This document shows positions 1 through 9,736 of a stretch of 62,294 nt of DNA, piece by piece. Numbering within the stretch: position 1 is the first letter of the stretch; each line of letters opens with the position of its first letter. The DNA is from Sedimentisphaerales bacterium (lineage in GTDB: Bacteria > Planctomycetota > Phycisphaerae > Sedimentisphaerales > Anaerobacaceae), in the NCBI GenBank assembly GCA_049643445.1, contig JBARPZ010000362.1:1-62294 (forward strand), read 5' to 3'. The position numbers and the translations under genes are program-made. The notes below the pieces were generated by a model. It was not told the origin of the DNA, searched no databases, and saw nothing but the letters and a program-made list of their open reading frames with translations.

Positions 1-91
1 GGACGAAATCGAAGCGGCCAAAGCATACGACAACGCCGCAAGGAAATACCACGCCGAATTTGCATGTTTAAATTTCCCTGACGCCAAGTGA
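1..91 (+). CDS. 3' end of a gene truncated by the window edge; C-terminus of an AP2-type DNA-binding domain
   Basis: Frame 2 reads DEIEAAKAYDNAARKYHAEFACLNFPDAK, then TGA at 89-91. The pattern AA.AYD.AA.KYHGEFA.LNFP is the C-terminal signature of AP2 domains (HNH-AP2 / phage-type proteins). The 5' part lies outside the window. Confidence 0.5.
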   Translation, partial: DEIEAAKAYDNAARKYHAEFACLNFPDAK

Positions 92-220
92 GTTTACCCT
101 GAGCGAGCATAGCGAGTCGAAGGGCCTGTTTGAACTTCCCGGAATCGCCCGCGGGGCACGGATAAAAACCGCCTAATAGTCTTTGACTTAACCGGGGCGG
201 TAAGTTAATCTTCGGCGAAT

Positions 221-736
221 ATGAAAAGGGTGCTGACATCGTGTTTTGGCCTCGGCCAGCTGCCGCTGGCGCCGGGTACGTGGGGCTCGCTGCCGCCTGC
301 GGTCATCTTTGCGCTGATGTGCCACTTCGGAGTATTGGCCCCCTTGATATCCCTCGTAATGGCGGTTTTGGCTGTTGCGGGTTCTGTTATCTGCGTCATC
401 TTCGCCCCTGCCGCAATCGCGGCAACGGGCAAATCCGACCCCGGCGAAGTTGTCGCAGATGAATTCGCAGGCCAGGCGGTTACGTTTTTGGCTGTCCCAT
501 TTTTTATCACAGCCGATATATCCACCAGGCAGATACTTATCATAACGGCCCTGGGCTTTGGCCTCTTTAGGTTATTCGACATCGTCAAACCCTGGCCGAT
601 CCGCAAACTTGAGAACCTGCCCAGGGGCTGGGGCGTTCTGGCCGATGATTTATTAGCGGCCGTCTTTGCCGCGATACTTTTACTGTTTTGCCTGAAGGTC
701 TGGCTTTCGGGCACTTACGATGTGATCGTTGGATAA
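221..736 (+). CDS. pgpA: phosphatidylglycerophosphatase A
   Basis: 171-aa ORF with the blocks GLGQLPLAPGTWGSL, VVADEFAGQ and FRLFDIVKPWPI typical of PgpA. It has hydrophobic segments. The antisense ORF 205-714 is a shadow. Confidence 0.85.
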   Translation: MKRVLTSCFGLGQLPLAPGTWGSLPPAVIFALMCHFGVLAPLISLVMAVLAVAGSVICVIFAPAAIAATGKSDPGEVVADEFAGQAVTFLAVPFFITADISTRQILIITALGFGLFRLFDIVKPWPIRKLENLPRGWGVLADDLLAAVFAAILLLFCLKVWLSGTYDVIVG

Positions 737-739
737 ACA

Positions 740-3265
740 ATGGGTATGGCATCAGAATATAGCGTTCAGGTTATAAGGAAATTAGAGGAGGGGTTTCGCG
801 GCTGCGCTTTGCACAGGCCAATGAGGATTGCCCGTTACGAACCCGGGGCCGGGCTTGCTTATGATGTTACCGGTGTCGGGCAAACGGGAACGGCGCGGGT
901 GCATCTGGTTATCGAGGATTTTGTCGGCGGAGGGTTCGCCGGCCAGGTTTACCGGGTAAAGATATTGAGTATCGAGGCCGGCGAAGAACCGATCGAAGGC
1001 CTTGAAGTTGGCCGGGTCTACGCGATGAAGATTCTTGTCCCGCCCTCTTCATTTTCGCGCCTCTTTCGCAACCTACTTTATTGGGTCGGTTTCCAGGGCC
1101 CATTTCAGCTTCAGGTCAACCCGGCCGCGGCAAGGGCAGGCGCGATATGGCAGAAACTCATCCGGCGCGGGGCGAAAATTCGATTCGGCGACGAAAATAA
1201 GGTGACCGATATCTACGCTACGTTTGTCGACGGCCGACTTGGAAGCTGCGGGGAGTTGAGCGAATGGATCGACGGGCGGACGTGGCAATTGGAAGTCGAC
1301 GACCATCTTGATTCGCTCAAGCGCAGAGACAAGGCCGGTGAATCCGCTACTGGCGGACTCGGCTCACCGGAATACCGGGCAAAGCTCAAATTCATGCGTG
1401 ACTTTGTTAAGCTGTTGAACGATATGGGAGCGTATGAGTTTGCCCGGCAGTATGAATGGTGGACGTGCATGAGCCAGCCGAACTGCCTAAAACGCAGAGA
1501 CACCGAAGACAACCCTTCGGGCGGATTGGTTGCGGTCGATTTCAGGGCCGGTTTGGCCTTGCTGCCATTTTTGCCGATGAGCCCGGGCGATTTCAAGCTG
1601 ATATTAAAAGGACTTTTCCGAGGCTCTCTGGTCCAGTTTGACCGGGGAAGTATTAGCAAGCTTGACGCCTTTGCGCGGGCCAACAGCGAGCAATTTGCCG
1701 ACAGCCAAAAATTGCTGGATGAGCTAAAAGCGGTTGAGAATGTATATCGCAACTCGGTCCCGGACATCGCGCACAATCACGTTAGACTTTTTTACAGCAA
1801 AAAACTGTGGTCGACTATACTCGATAGCGCCGTCACCGGCTGGAAAGTGCGAAACCTCGTCGATGAATCCTGCGAACAGAAAATGCGAAGCAGCAAGGCG
1901 TCAACAATATTGTTTTACGTAATCGGCGTTGTACCGTTTTTGGGCAAATTGATTCGGCGGATTTGGGCCCGGCCCGACTGGCGAAGCCATTACGCCGCGA
2001 TGCTCACAAGCACCGATTATCTGCGCCACGCGGTCCGGGGCCGGATGATTGAGAAAGTAATTCTCTGGCACAGGGCAGGACGCATTGACGGCGAACGTGC
2101 GCCGAAGGTCGCGGCATCTTGGATGCGGTTCTTGCTTCACTGCCCGCTGTCGTTTCTGCCGGCCGGCCTCCACAGATTCCTCACCGACCGGGTGTTCTTT
2201 AAGGATAAGCTTCACTACATTTTTGTTCGGCCAATAAAACTTTATTTTAGCGCCAAACTTCGAGAGCAGTGGATGCGGGATATGGTAAGCGATGGACAGA
2301 AAAAACATATCCTCACCGATGAGGACGCACAAACAATACTCTCACGGATTCAAGAACCTTATATACAGAAGTATCTTAAGAGCCTGGCAGTACACGTCTG
2401 CACTTTGCCTGTGACGCAGATTGTCTCAGTGCTGGTGGCGTGGATTTACACACGAACGCACCCGGAGCTAACCGCAGCCCAGACAACCGGGGCAGTGGCG
2501 GCTATTCTGGTGCTGTTCCAGATCACACCTATTTCACCCGGTTCGCTGGTTCGCGGTTTTTATGTTTTGTATCTGGTTATAAGGGAGCGAAATTTCAAGG
2601 ATTACAATATTGCGGTGTTCCTGGGATTCTTCAAGTATATCGGTTATCTGGCATTTCCTATTCAGATGTCATATCGCTATCCCGCGCTTGCAAGGTTTAT
2701 GGCTGTGCACTGGTCGACGGAAGCGGTACATATTGTGCCGGTTTTCGGCGAGCACGGGGCATTGCTGGAGCATTGGGTATTTCGCCTGTTCTATAACTGG
2801 CCATTGACGATACGGCGCAGGATGCGCAAGCGGGCCGAGATGCGGGCATCCATAAAGCCGCGATACTGGTACGTGGGTTTATGGGCTGTGATCGCAGCAT
2901 TCGGCCTGGCATCCGTTGACTACAATTACCTTCAAAATGTCGGGAATACGCCGGGTTTGAGAGATATTTGGTACCTTGCGGCGCTGGTGCCGCTGGCTTG
3001 TGGGGCGCTGGTTACTCTTGGCTGCGGCGGGGCGAAATTGTGGAAAAGGTTTGTGGCTTCGACTATCTGCGGTATCGCACTTGGGCTGCTTTATACGTTA
3101 GCCTCTGCCCTGCTGGTTAAGAAAATGCCGATTGGCGATATTTCCGCGGGCTGCGTCTGGCCGGTATTCGTGTTTGCTATTGTCTCCACTATTGGAGCTA
3201 TAATTACAGAGCTGAAGCTGCCTGAGCCGAAGACTGAAAATACGGTTGAACGGTTTAACGGTTGA
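740..3265 (+). CDS. protein-kinase-like (ABC1/UbiB-like) domain fused to a polytopic membrane region
   Basis: 841-aa ORF starting 4 nt after the pgpA stop. The N-terminal part has a Gly-rich loop VGGGFAGQVYRV, a Lys in VYAMKIL, ELSEWIDGRTW, and a DFG-like LVAVDFRAG. The C-terminal ~450 aa contains many hydrophobic helices. Function is assigned from motifs only. Confidence 0.55.
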   Translation: MGMASEYSVQVIRKLEEGFRGCALHRPMRIARYEPGAGLAYDVTGVGQTGTARVHLVIEDFVGGGFAGQVYRVKILSIEAGEEPIEGLEVGRVYAMKILVPPSSFSRLFRNLLYWVGFQGPFQLQVNPAAARAGAIWQKLIRRGAKIRFGDENKVTDIYATFVDGRLGSCGELSEWIDGRTWQLEVDDHLDSLKRRDKAGESATGGLGSPEYRAKLKFMRDFVKLLNDMGAYEFARQYEWWTCMSQPNCLKRRDTEDNPSGGLVAVDFRAGLALLPFLPMSPGDFKLILKGLFRGSLVQFDRGSISKLDAFARANSEQFADSQKLLDELKAVENVYRNSVPDIAHNHVRLFYSKKLWSTILDSAVTGWKVRNLVDESCEQKMRSSKASTILFYVIGVVPFLGKLIRRIWARPDWRSHYAAMLTSTDYLRHAVRGRMIEKVILWHRAGRIDGERAPKVAASWMRFLLHCPLSFLPAGLHRFLTDRVFFKDKLHYIFVRPIKLYFSAKLREQWMRDMVSDGQKKHILTDEDAQTILSRIQEPYIQKYLKSLAVHVCTLPVTQIVSVLVAWIYTRTHPELTAAQTTGAVAAILVLFQITPISPGSLVRGFYVLYLVIRERNFKDYNIAVFLGFFKYIGYLAFPIQMSYRYPALARFMAVHWSTEAVHIVPVFGEHGALLEHWVFRLFYNWPLTIRRRMRKRAEMRASIKPRYWYVGLWAVIAAFGLASVDYNYLQNVGNTPGLRDIWYLAALVPLACGALVTLGCGGAKLWKRFVASTICGIALGLLYTLASALLVKKMPIGDISAGCVWPVFVFAIVSTIGAIITELKLPEPKTENTVERFNG

Positions 3266-3620
3266 ACAGTTTGACGGTGGATCGCTGTGCGGTAGTTTTC
3301 TAATTTTTTTGGCCAATGGTTGCGGGAGTTGATTTTCAGTTTTTCTGCATTTGCAGATTATTTCTAAGAGATTTATTTTCTTAATTACTTAACGAACCTG
3401 ATTTTAAGGAATCTTCCGGATTTTCTTGTAGAATCTCACGAAGAGATGTCCAGCGGAGGCCTGATTTTTCCTGTATTAAGGATGGAAGATGCTTCCATGT
3501 CGAATTAAGTTGCAATTGAAAGGATGCTGCAATGAATGAAACGGGATTAAGTGTCAGACCACCCACAAAAATCAACAAGGTTAACGACCAAAAAGAGGGA
3601 ATCCCGAAATTATCCCCTAA

Positions 3621-4157
3621 CTAAGCGGAGAAAACCTCATCTGCCAAGTCTTCACCTACTTGGCTGGCATAGTACTGTTCGACGACTTTTTGGCCTTGAG
3701 TTTGGAACTTATCCATAGAGGAAAAAATACCGATTTTCATAAGAAGTAAAATTGCGATACAAGCTGCTACATTTGCAGCGGAGTGCATATACTTGCTACA
3801 CCTTTCCAAGAGATTGGGTTCGGGCAGCATCATCCTAAGTTTTTGGGCTTTCGGTGCTTTTCGGAGACTGTGTTTCAATACACCAATGGCCTGAGTATTT
3901 GCACGCATCAATAAATCAAGCTTGTGTGGTTGAGATTTCATGGCCGACAGTGCAAGATTGACTTTACCGATGTTTACAAGTCGCTTATTACATCTTGGGC
4001 AATTCGCAATATGGTTCTGTACCCAGTCTGCATCGAGATGAAAGCGGCTGATTATAGCTTTATGCAACCAGGCCCTGATTCGTCTGCATTTGTTAGAACT
4101 ACCATTTTGAGATTTATTCCGAAATGGTGTCCCCTTGTTTTTGTTTATACTTATCAT
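3621..4157 (-). CDS. zinc-binding (ZAS-type) anti-sigma factor, single-pass membrane protein
   Basis: I moved the start to ATG 4157, which forms an ATGA overlap with the sigma-factor stop at 4154-4156. It has the H-x3-C-x2-C motif HIANCPRC and one TM helix (AANVAACIAILLLMKIGIF). It lies directly downstream of the ECF sigma gene. Confidence 0.6.
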   Translation of the reverse strand: MISINKNKGTPFRNKSQNGSSNKCRRIRAWLHKAIISRFHLDADWVQNHIANCPRCNKRLVNIGKVNLALSAMKSQPHKLDLLMRANTQAIGVLKHSLRKAPKAQKLRMMLPEPNLLERCSKYMHSAANVAACIAILLLMKIGIFSSMDKFQTQGQKVVEQYYASQVGEDLADEVFSA

Positions 4158-4732
4158 TTTCTTTCTTCTCTTTCTTTGCCCATCCATACAGCCAACAATT
4201 GGATTGCTTTGCATCTATAGACCCTCGCAGTTGCCGCTGATATGTCTAATATCCTGCCTACCTGTGCGTAAGATAATTCCCCCAGATCGCGTAACATTAC
4301 GACGTTCCTTAGATGTTCAGGCAGTTGGGCTATATGGCATCTCAAAGTTTCCTGTAAGTATTTACAATCAAGCTCATTTTCAGGCGAGATAGCGCCCTCT
4401 CTGGTAACAATAGCCGTGGACAATCTCTTTTTTTCAGTGGCTCTGTGTTTTAACATTGACACTGCAGCGTTGCTTGCCACACGGAAAATATACGCTTTTA
4501 TATGTTCGGGCTTTTGTCTTCCTTTGTAATGGGCGAGCTGTAAAAAAGTGTTCTGGTAGGCGTCACAAACATCTTGTTCATTCCCTAATATTCGCCAGAG
4601 TATTGTGACCAATCCCTGGCCGTGGCGTTGCATTGCAGACAATATCCACTGCTGGCTTTCATCTACAGCCCCGGAAAAAGTAAAGTCCCAAGTCAGCTCG
4701 TAATTAACGGCCTTACCAAACATAAACGCCAA
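4154..4732 (-). CDS. ECF-family RNA polymerase sigma-70 factor
   Basis: It has region 2-like DVCDAYQNTFLQLAHY / IFRVASNAAVSMLK and a region 4 HTH LRDLGELSYAQVGRILDISAATARVYRCKA. The exact start (4732 or an internal Met) is uncertain. Confidence 0.85.
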   Translation of the reverse strand: MAFMFGKAVNYELTWDFTFSGAVDESQQWILSAMQRHGQGLVTILWRILGNEQDVCDAYQNTFLQLAHYKGRQKPEHIKAYIFRVASNAAVSMLKHRATEKKRLSTAIVTREGAISPENELDCKYLQETLRCHIAQLPEHLRNVVMLRDLGELSYAQVGRILDISAATARVYRCKAIQLLAVWMGKEREERK

Positions 4733-4751
4733 TTCAGTTATTCTATTTATT

Positions 4752-4846
4752 AAGAGTGAGCACCTAACTACTATGTTAACAAAAAACTTGGTAATTATAT
4801 GGAAAAATCTTTTTTTTAGATAACATTTTAGGTGCTTTTGACTCTT
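4752..4846. promoter_or_regulatory. long-range inverted repeat in the divergent sigma / ATPase intergenic region
   Basis: AAGAGTGAGCACCTAA (4752-4767) is the near-perfect reverse complement of TTAGGTGCTTTTGACTCTT (4828-4846). The 9-bp core AGCACCTAA/TTAGGTGCT is perfect. The arms bracket a 60-nt AT-rich core. Confidence 0.35.
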
Positions 4847-4870
4847 ACTTTTGAAGCCAGTTAGTTGAAA

Positions 4871-6085
4871 ATGCCAAATTTGCTGACATCAAACGGTAAT
4901 GATATGAGTGCAAATGATCGTAAAAACGGCTCTTGCGGTGCTAAAATGGATGCCCACGATGTGGTATCCCTGGTGGACGATTTGTTCAAAAAAGCCATAG
5001 AATCCAATGCAAGCGATGTCCATTTCGAGCCCATGAGCTCCGAATTGGCTGTAAAATTTCGTCTTGATGGCGTCTTAAGCACAGTCGAAAAAGTGCCCAA
5101 ATCCTTGTCTGACAACATCGTTGCAAGGCTGAAGGTGCTGGGAGGCCTCCTGACCTATCGAAGCGATATACCCCAGGAAGGTCGGATTGAAATCAGCAAG
5201 AACCATAATGGCAGGATTACGGACCAGCGGCTTGCAGTTTTTCCAACGATACACGGTCAAAGAGCAGTGGTGCGGCTGTTCTACAAAAATAGAGAGCTTA
5301 TGGAATTGGGGCGGTTGGGATTTTCGGAGAGTACGTACACAGCTTTGAAGAGAATTGCTGCAAAAAATCAAGGTATCTTACTGCTAACCGGCCCAGCGGG
5401 TAGTGGAAAGAGTACCACGCTCGCCGCTCTTCTGCGACACATTCTAAAAAGCTTTCCCGGCAAGAGCATTGTAACTCTCGAAGACCCCGTGGAAATTAGA
5501 ATCGAAGGCATTACACAAACCCAGATTACACCGCACGGCCAGATGACATTTCCAACGGCCCTGCGGTCCCTGCTGCGACAGGATCCACAGGTTTTAATGA
5601 TTGGAGAGATCCGCGATGCAGAGACCGCAAAAATTGCTATCGAGGCAGGACTGACCGGGCATTTGCTAATGAGTACAATGCACAGCGGCACGCCTGCAGG
5701 GGCATTTTTACGGTTGCTGGAGATGGGTATTGAGCCTTACCAGGTAACCTCAAGCGTCTCAGCAGTCCTCAACCAACGGCTTGCCAGAAAACTTTGCAGC
5801 AAGTGTAAGAGAAAGATTAAGTCCACAAGGGCCGGATTTGAAGCAGTAGGATGTGACGACTGTTTTAACACCGGCTTTAAAGGACGGGTGCTCATAGCAG
5901 AAATGGTACAACTGGATGGACAGTTGCGAAAGGCCATCTTGGCAAAAGCCGACCTGGAACAGCTTGAAGATATCCTCGAAAGTAAAGGACATACGAATAT
6001 GCTTGAGGACGGCAGGCGCTTGGTCAGTGAGGGCGTCACAACACAGGAGGAACTGAATAAAGTTTGTGGAATCAGTACGAGCTAA
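4871..6085 (+). CDS. GspE/PilB-family secretion/pilus assembly ATPase (short form)
   Basis: It has ASDVHFEP, Walker A GPAGSGKSTT, the Asp box TLEDPVE, the His box GHLLMSTMHS, and the tetracysteine CSKCKRK...CDDC. The ORF opens at TTG 4865; the first ATG is at 4871. Confidence 0.85.
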   Translation: MPNLLTSNGNDMSANDRKNGSCGAKMDAHDVVSLVDDLFKKAIESNASDVHFEPMSSELAVKFRLDGVLSTVEKVPKSLSDNIVARLKVLGGLLTYRSDIPQEGRIEISKNHNGRITDQRLAVFPTIHGQRAVVRLFYKNRELMELGRLGFSESTYTALKRIAAKNQGILLLTGPAGSGKSTTLAALLRHILKSFPGKSIVTLEDPVEIRIEGITQTQITPHGQMTFPTALRSLLRQDPQVLMIGEIRDAETAKIAIEAGLTGHLLMSTMHSGTPAGAFLRLLEMGIEPYQVTSSVSAVLNQRLARKLCSKCKRKIKSTRAGFEAVGCDDCFNTGFKGRVLIAEMVQLDGQLRKAILAKADLEQLEDILESKGHTNMLEDGRRLVSEGVTTQEELNKVCGISTS

Positions 6086-6144
6086 TACTAATCAAATAAA
6101 ACTCGAAATATCTGTGGATCCTCCGTAGTTAATAGGAGCAGAAA

Positions 6145-7344
6145 ATGGCGACATTTGAATACAATGCATTGACATCGGCAGGCAGGCTGATGAAAGGCAC
6201 GATTGAAGCTGGGACTCGCCAAGAGGCGGGCGAGCTACTTAAACAAATGGAGCTTGCTGTTAATTCTATTGAAAAGGCCAAAGCCCCAAAGCCCAAGACT
6301 GCCATCGGAAGAAACGAGTTTATGCTTTTCAATCAGCAGCTTGCTTCAATAACAAAGGCTGGAATCCCTCTGGAAAGGGGGATGCGAGAGCTTGCAAGTG
6401 ATATCCGCTCGAAGTCAATGCGCAAACTCATTGATGCTATTGCCAGCGAACTTGAAGCAGGCACAAGTATTGAGGAAGCGTTTGAAAAGAGACAGAAGCG
6501 TTTTCCACCTCTCTATGGCCGGATATTAAAAGCGGGTGTTGAAACAGGAAGATTAAGTGAGATGTTGACGAGTCTTAACAGGCATCTGGAGTTGGCCCAT
6601 CAAACAAGGAGGATAATTTTCGAAGCATTGAGCTATCCTGCGGTCATCCTGGCCCTGGCTGCGGTTATTTTAACAGCTATATTTATGATAATAATCCCAC
6701 AATTCGGCCCCATACTGACAGAAATGACAGGGGGCGCAGAGTTGCCGGTGCTAACTCGATTATTCTTAGGTGTGACGGAAAATATAGTGCCTTTTTGGAT
6801 AGGCGCAGGAGTTCTTATCGCAGCGATAATTTTTATGGTTGGGTTACTCTCGTCTTCTCCGGCTGGACGAAGATTTAAGGAATCGCTGTTTTTGAGGGCG
6901 ATGGTTATCGGCAGGGTTTACCATAGTAGTGTGCTTAGCAGAATGGCCGAATCTATGGCTATGATGGTTGCTGCCGGTTGTGATATGCCGGCGTGCCTCA
7001 GATTAGGCTCTGCTTCAACCGGAAGCGAAAAACTCCTCTTGGAAAGCGAAATGCTTGCCAGCCAAATCGAACAGGGAGCTAATATCTTAGAGGCGGGACA
7101 ATTGTGTAAGATGATACCAAGGCTGTTTTTGTATTCGATTCAACTGGGCACGCAACGCAATGAATTGCAGGACAACCTTTACAGTCTGGGCCAGATGTAT
7201 TCTGAGCAGGCACGATGCGGACAGGCAAGGCTGCAGGCGGTCTTGTTGCCTGTTATGCTGATTGTTGTGGGAGGAGTTTTGGCAATGGCTGTACTTTCGA
7301 TGTTTTTGCCAATGATAACAATTATTACGCAGTTGTCTGTATGA
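6145..7344 (+). CDS. GspF/PilC-family inner-membrane platform protein
   Basis: 399 aa, preceded by the RBS TAGGAG. It has two T2SSF-like halves (FNQQLASITKAGIPLERGM...; VLSRMAESMAMMVAAGCDMPACL...) and three or more TM segments. Confidence 0.8.
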   Translation: MATFEYNALTSAGRLMKGTIEAGTRQEAGELLKQMELAVNSIEKAKAPKPKTAIGRNEFMLFNQQLASITKAGIPLERGMRELASDIRSKSMRKLIDAIASELEAGTSIEEAFEKRQKRFPPLYGRILKAGVETGRLSEMLTSLNRHLELAHQTRRIIFEALSYPAVILALAAVILTAIFMIIIPQFGPILTEMTGGAELPVLTRLFLGVTENIVPFWIGAGVLIAAIIFMVGLLSSSPAGRRFKESLFLRAMVIGRVYHSSVLSRMAESMAMMVAAGCDMPACLRLGSASTGSEKLLLESEMLASQIEQGANILEAGQLCKMIPRLFLYSIQLGTQRNELQDNLYSLGQMYSEQARCGQARLQAVLLPVMLIVVGGVLAMAVLSMFLPMITIITQLSV

Positions 7345-7358
7345 TGATTGGGTAGAGT

Positions 7359-8813
7359 ATGTTTGAAATTATAGCAATATTAACTTTGCTTCTCTGCGTA
7401 ATCCTGGCTTTTAAGAGGCCGGGTATTGCTTTGGTTATATTGCCTGTCGTATGTTTCTTGGTGGCTTATGCTGCCGTTTTGAGAGACTCGTTTGAGAATA
7501 TACTATTTGTACCCGTTATTTTCGTCGTTACATTGATGGTTGTGCTGATGACAAGACGTGAACCCGATTCTGAAAGTTGGCCTCAGCTATGTGCAAAATG
7601 GATGCTCATAATTCTTGCGTTTTTACTCTTATTTGTAACGGTAGGCTTTGTGTTTAGCGCTTTGTCGATTGTCGGCTTAATATTCTTTTTTTTATTCGTA
7701 GGTTCAATCATAGCTTACGGTTTAACATCCCGGCACGCGACTGCTGCATACGTCGTCTCGACAATTGGTTCGAGTATGCGGCAGAACCTGCCGTTACCTA
7801 TGGCCCTTGAATCAGCAGCCAGCGGGCGAAGAGACCAACGGTCAAGAATCTTAAGAAGAATACAACAATGGCTGGTTCAGGGCTACTCACTGAGCGAGTC
7901 AATCAAGCGAGGCTACCCTAAATGTCCCGGTTATGTAGTGGCAATGATAGCTGCTGCCGAGCGGATTGACCAGCTCCCGCTTGCGATTAAGAGCATTGAA
8001 ACTGATATGGTCGCCAAGGCCGATGAAAGCAGAAAAATCAGGCCGGTTCATGCATTTTACCCGGTAATACTAATAGCCTTTATGTTTTTCATAGTATTTG
8101 GATTAGTGTGGACGGTTTTTCCGCAATTTCACCAGGTGCTAATAGAAATGACAGGGGACACACAGTTTCCAGCTTCCACTCGAATCTTAATCTGGATCAC
8201 ACATTTTATCTCCTATGACTATGGGTGGTTAATCGCCTTGGTATTTGCGCTCGTAGTTCTTGTGGTTGTCCCTGCTTCGATTCGGATTAAGTTTCGGCCC
8301 CGTCGGCCGGACAAGCCTTATTTAACCTCGCGAATTGTTGATTTTGTTAAATGGCACTCGCCTGTTCTGCACTGGTTTGAGAAGAATTATTCGATGGTAC
8401 AGGTGGTTGAGCTTCTGAGGTTGTCACTCAATGCCGACGGTACGGTCGATAATGCGATTGCTAATACACTCGGGCTGGATGTGAACAATTGTTTTAGAAA
8501 ACGACTAAAAAAATGGCTGGAAAAAGTAGAGCAAGGTGACAATATTGCAACTGCGGCCAGGCAAACCGGATTAGGATCTCCTCTGGCTTGGGCGTTTGAT
8601 GAGCAGGTAAATCAGAGCAATACTTTGAATGTATTAGAAACACTTGAGTCGCTCTATCGCTCGAACTATAGCTACTATGCCAACCTTGTCAGGTTCATAA
8701 TGTGGCCTTGTGTAACACTAATTATGGGAGCAATGGTAGGTTTTGTTGTTTATGCCATATTTTCCCCGAGTATTGCCATTATTAACACTTTGGCGAACCA
8801 AGTGATGCCGTAA
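7359..8813 (+). CDS. second, divergent GspF/PilC-like platform protein with extra N-terminal TM helices
   Basis: 484 aa. T2SSF-like blocks (MRQNLPLPMALESAASG...QGYSLSESIKRG; MVQVVELLRLSLNADGTVDNAIANTLG) follow about four N-terminal TM helices. Confidence 0.6.
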   Translation: MFEIIAILTLLLCVILAFKRPGIALVILPVVCFLVAYAAVLRDSFENILFVPVIFVVTLMVVLMTRREPDSESWPQLCAKWMLIILAFLLLFVTVGFVFSALSIVGLIFFFLFVGSIIAYGLTSRHATAAYVVSTIGSSMRQNLPLPMALESAASGRRDQRSRILRRIQQWLVQGYSLSESIKRGYPKCPGYVVAMIAAAERIDQLPLAIKSIETDMVAKADESRKIRPVHAFYPVILIAFMFFIVFGLVWTVFPQFHQVLIEMTGDTQFPASTRILIWITHFISYDYGWLIALVFALVVLVVVPASIRIKFRPRRPDKPYLTSRIVDFVKWHSPVLHWFEKNYSMVQVVELLRLSLNADGTVDNAIANTLGLDVNNCFRKRLKKWLEKVEQGDNIATAARQTGLGSPLAWAFDEQVNQSNTLNVLETLESLYRSNYSYYANLVRFIMWPCVTLIMGAMVGFVVYAIFSPSIAIINTLANQVMP

Positions 8814-8835
8814 CAGGAATAAATGGAGCAAAGTT

Positions 8836-9216
8836 ATGTCTTGTAAGAGGATAAAACACGGCGGATTTACAATGGCTGAAATAATAGTAGCGCTTGCGGT
8901 CTTGGGAATGGTTATGGCTGGTTTGGCATTGTCACTGCGAACATTCGCAAAACTCAATCGCTGGCAGTGGATGAGGCAACACTGTATAACAGCCGCCCAG
9001 GCACAACTTGACAGCATAACTGTAACGGGTGAAGCGATTCGGGACGAAGATTTCAAGCGACTTTGGCCTAACCTGAGTGTTTCTATCAAAGAGTCAGCGG
9101 GGGCCGGCCAATGGGAGGGTATGAAATTGGTGGTAGTGACGGCAAATGGCAAGACCTTCAGTAAGGAAGTTAAAGTTCAATTGTGTAGATATTTTTTGGA
9201 CGAGCGGGAGCAGTAG
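8836..9216 (+). CDS. pseudopilin / type IV pilin-like protein
   Basis: It has the prepilin signal KHGG|FTMAEIIVALAVLGMVMAGLAL, with Glu at +5 after the predicted cleavage site. An RBS GGAG lies upstream. Confidence 0.75.
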   Translation: MSCKRIKHGGFTMAEIIVALAVLGMVMAGLALSLRTFAKLNRWQWMRQHCITAAQAQLDSITVTGEAIRDEDFKRLWPNLSVSIKESAGAGQWEGMKLVVVTANGKTFSKEVKVQLCRYFLDEREQ

Positions 9217-9218
9217 AA

Positions 9219-9734
9219 ATGCGCAGAGGTTATTCATTGGTGGAATTGTTGGTTGCGTTGGCCATTGTCTCAACTGTATCGATTGTTGTGTCGAAATTGT
9301 TCACTACCATTATTAGCGATATCCCGCGTTCCTATAGGATTGTACAGGAGAACACAAGTGTGCTCAATATGCTGGAGCAAATGCATGAGGATGTTGACCT
9401 TGCGAAAGGACTGCCGAAATCGTTCACCGAATATACAACAGATAAGGACCTGCTTTTGATTGAATTGCCAAATGGTATTGTCTGCTATCAATTGAAAGAA
9501 GGCAAGGTGCTCAGACGCAGCTTACCGACCGCTCAGGAACACTATGAAGAAGACACCAAAGTATGGTCCGTGCCGAATGCTAAAATAGAATGGCAAGTCC
9601 GCAGAAACAACAGGGCCGGTTATGCCGTGGAGGTTAAAACACACATAGAGCATCATGTTCGGGGCCGTTCGGAAGAAAAGATGGCCGGTTCACATCTGTA
9701 TTTCGTTGGTGCTTTTCGAAAGGTCAAAGAGTAA
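9219..9734 (+). CDS. pseudopilin / type IV pilin-like protein
   Basis: It has MRRG|YSLVELLVALAIVSTVSIV, with Glu at +5. It starts 3 nt after the previous gene. Confidence 0.7.
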   Translation: MRRGYSLVELLVALAIVSTVSIVVSKLFTTIISDIPRSYRIVQENTSVLNMLEQMHEDVDLAKGLPKSFTEYTTDKDLLLIELPNGIVCYQLKEGKVLRRSLPTAQEHYEEDTKVWSVPNAKIEWQVRRNNRAGYAVEVKTHIEHHVRGRSEEKMAGSHLYFVGAFRKVKE

Positions 9735-9736
9735 AG

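Noticed and set aside
3381-3578. 65-aa minus-strand ORF downstream of the anti-sigma gene
   Set aside because: It has a TTG start, no RBS and no motif, and it lies in AT-rich spacer DNA where ORFs of this size arise by chance. I leave it unannotated.
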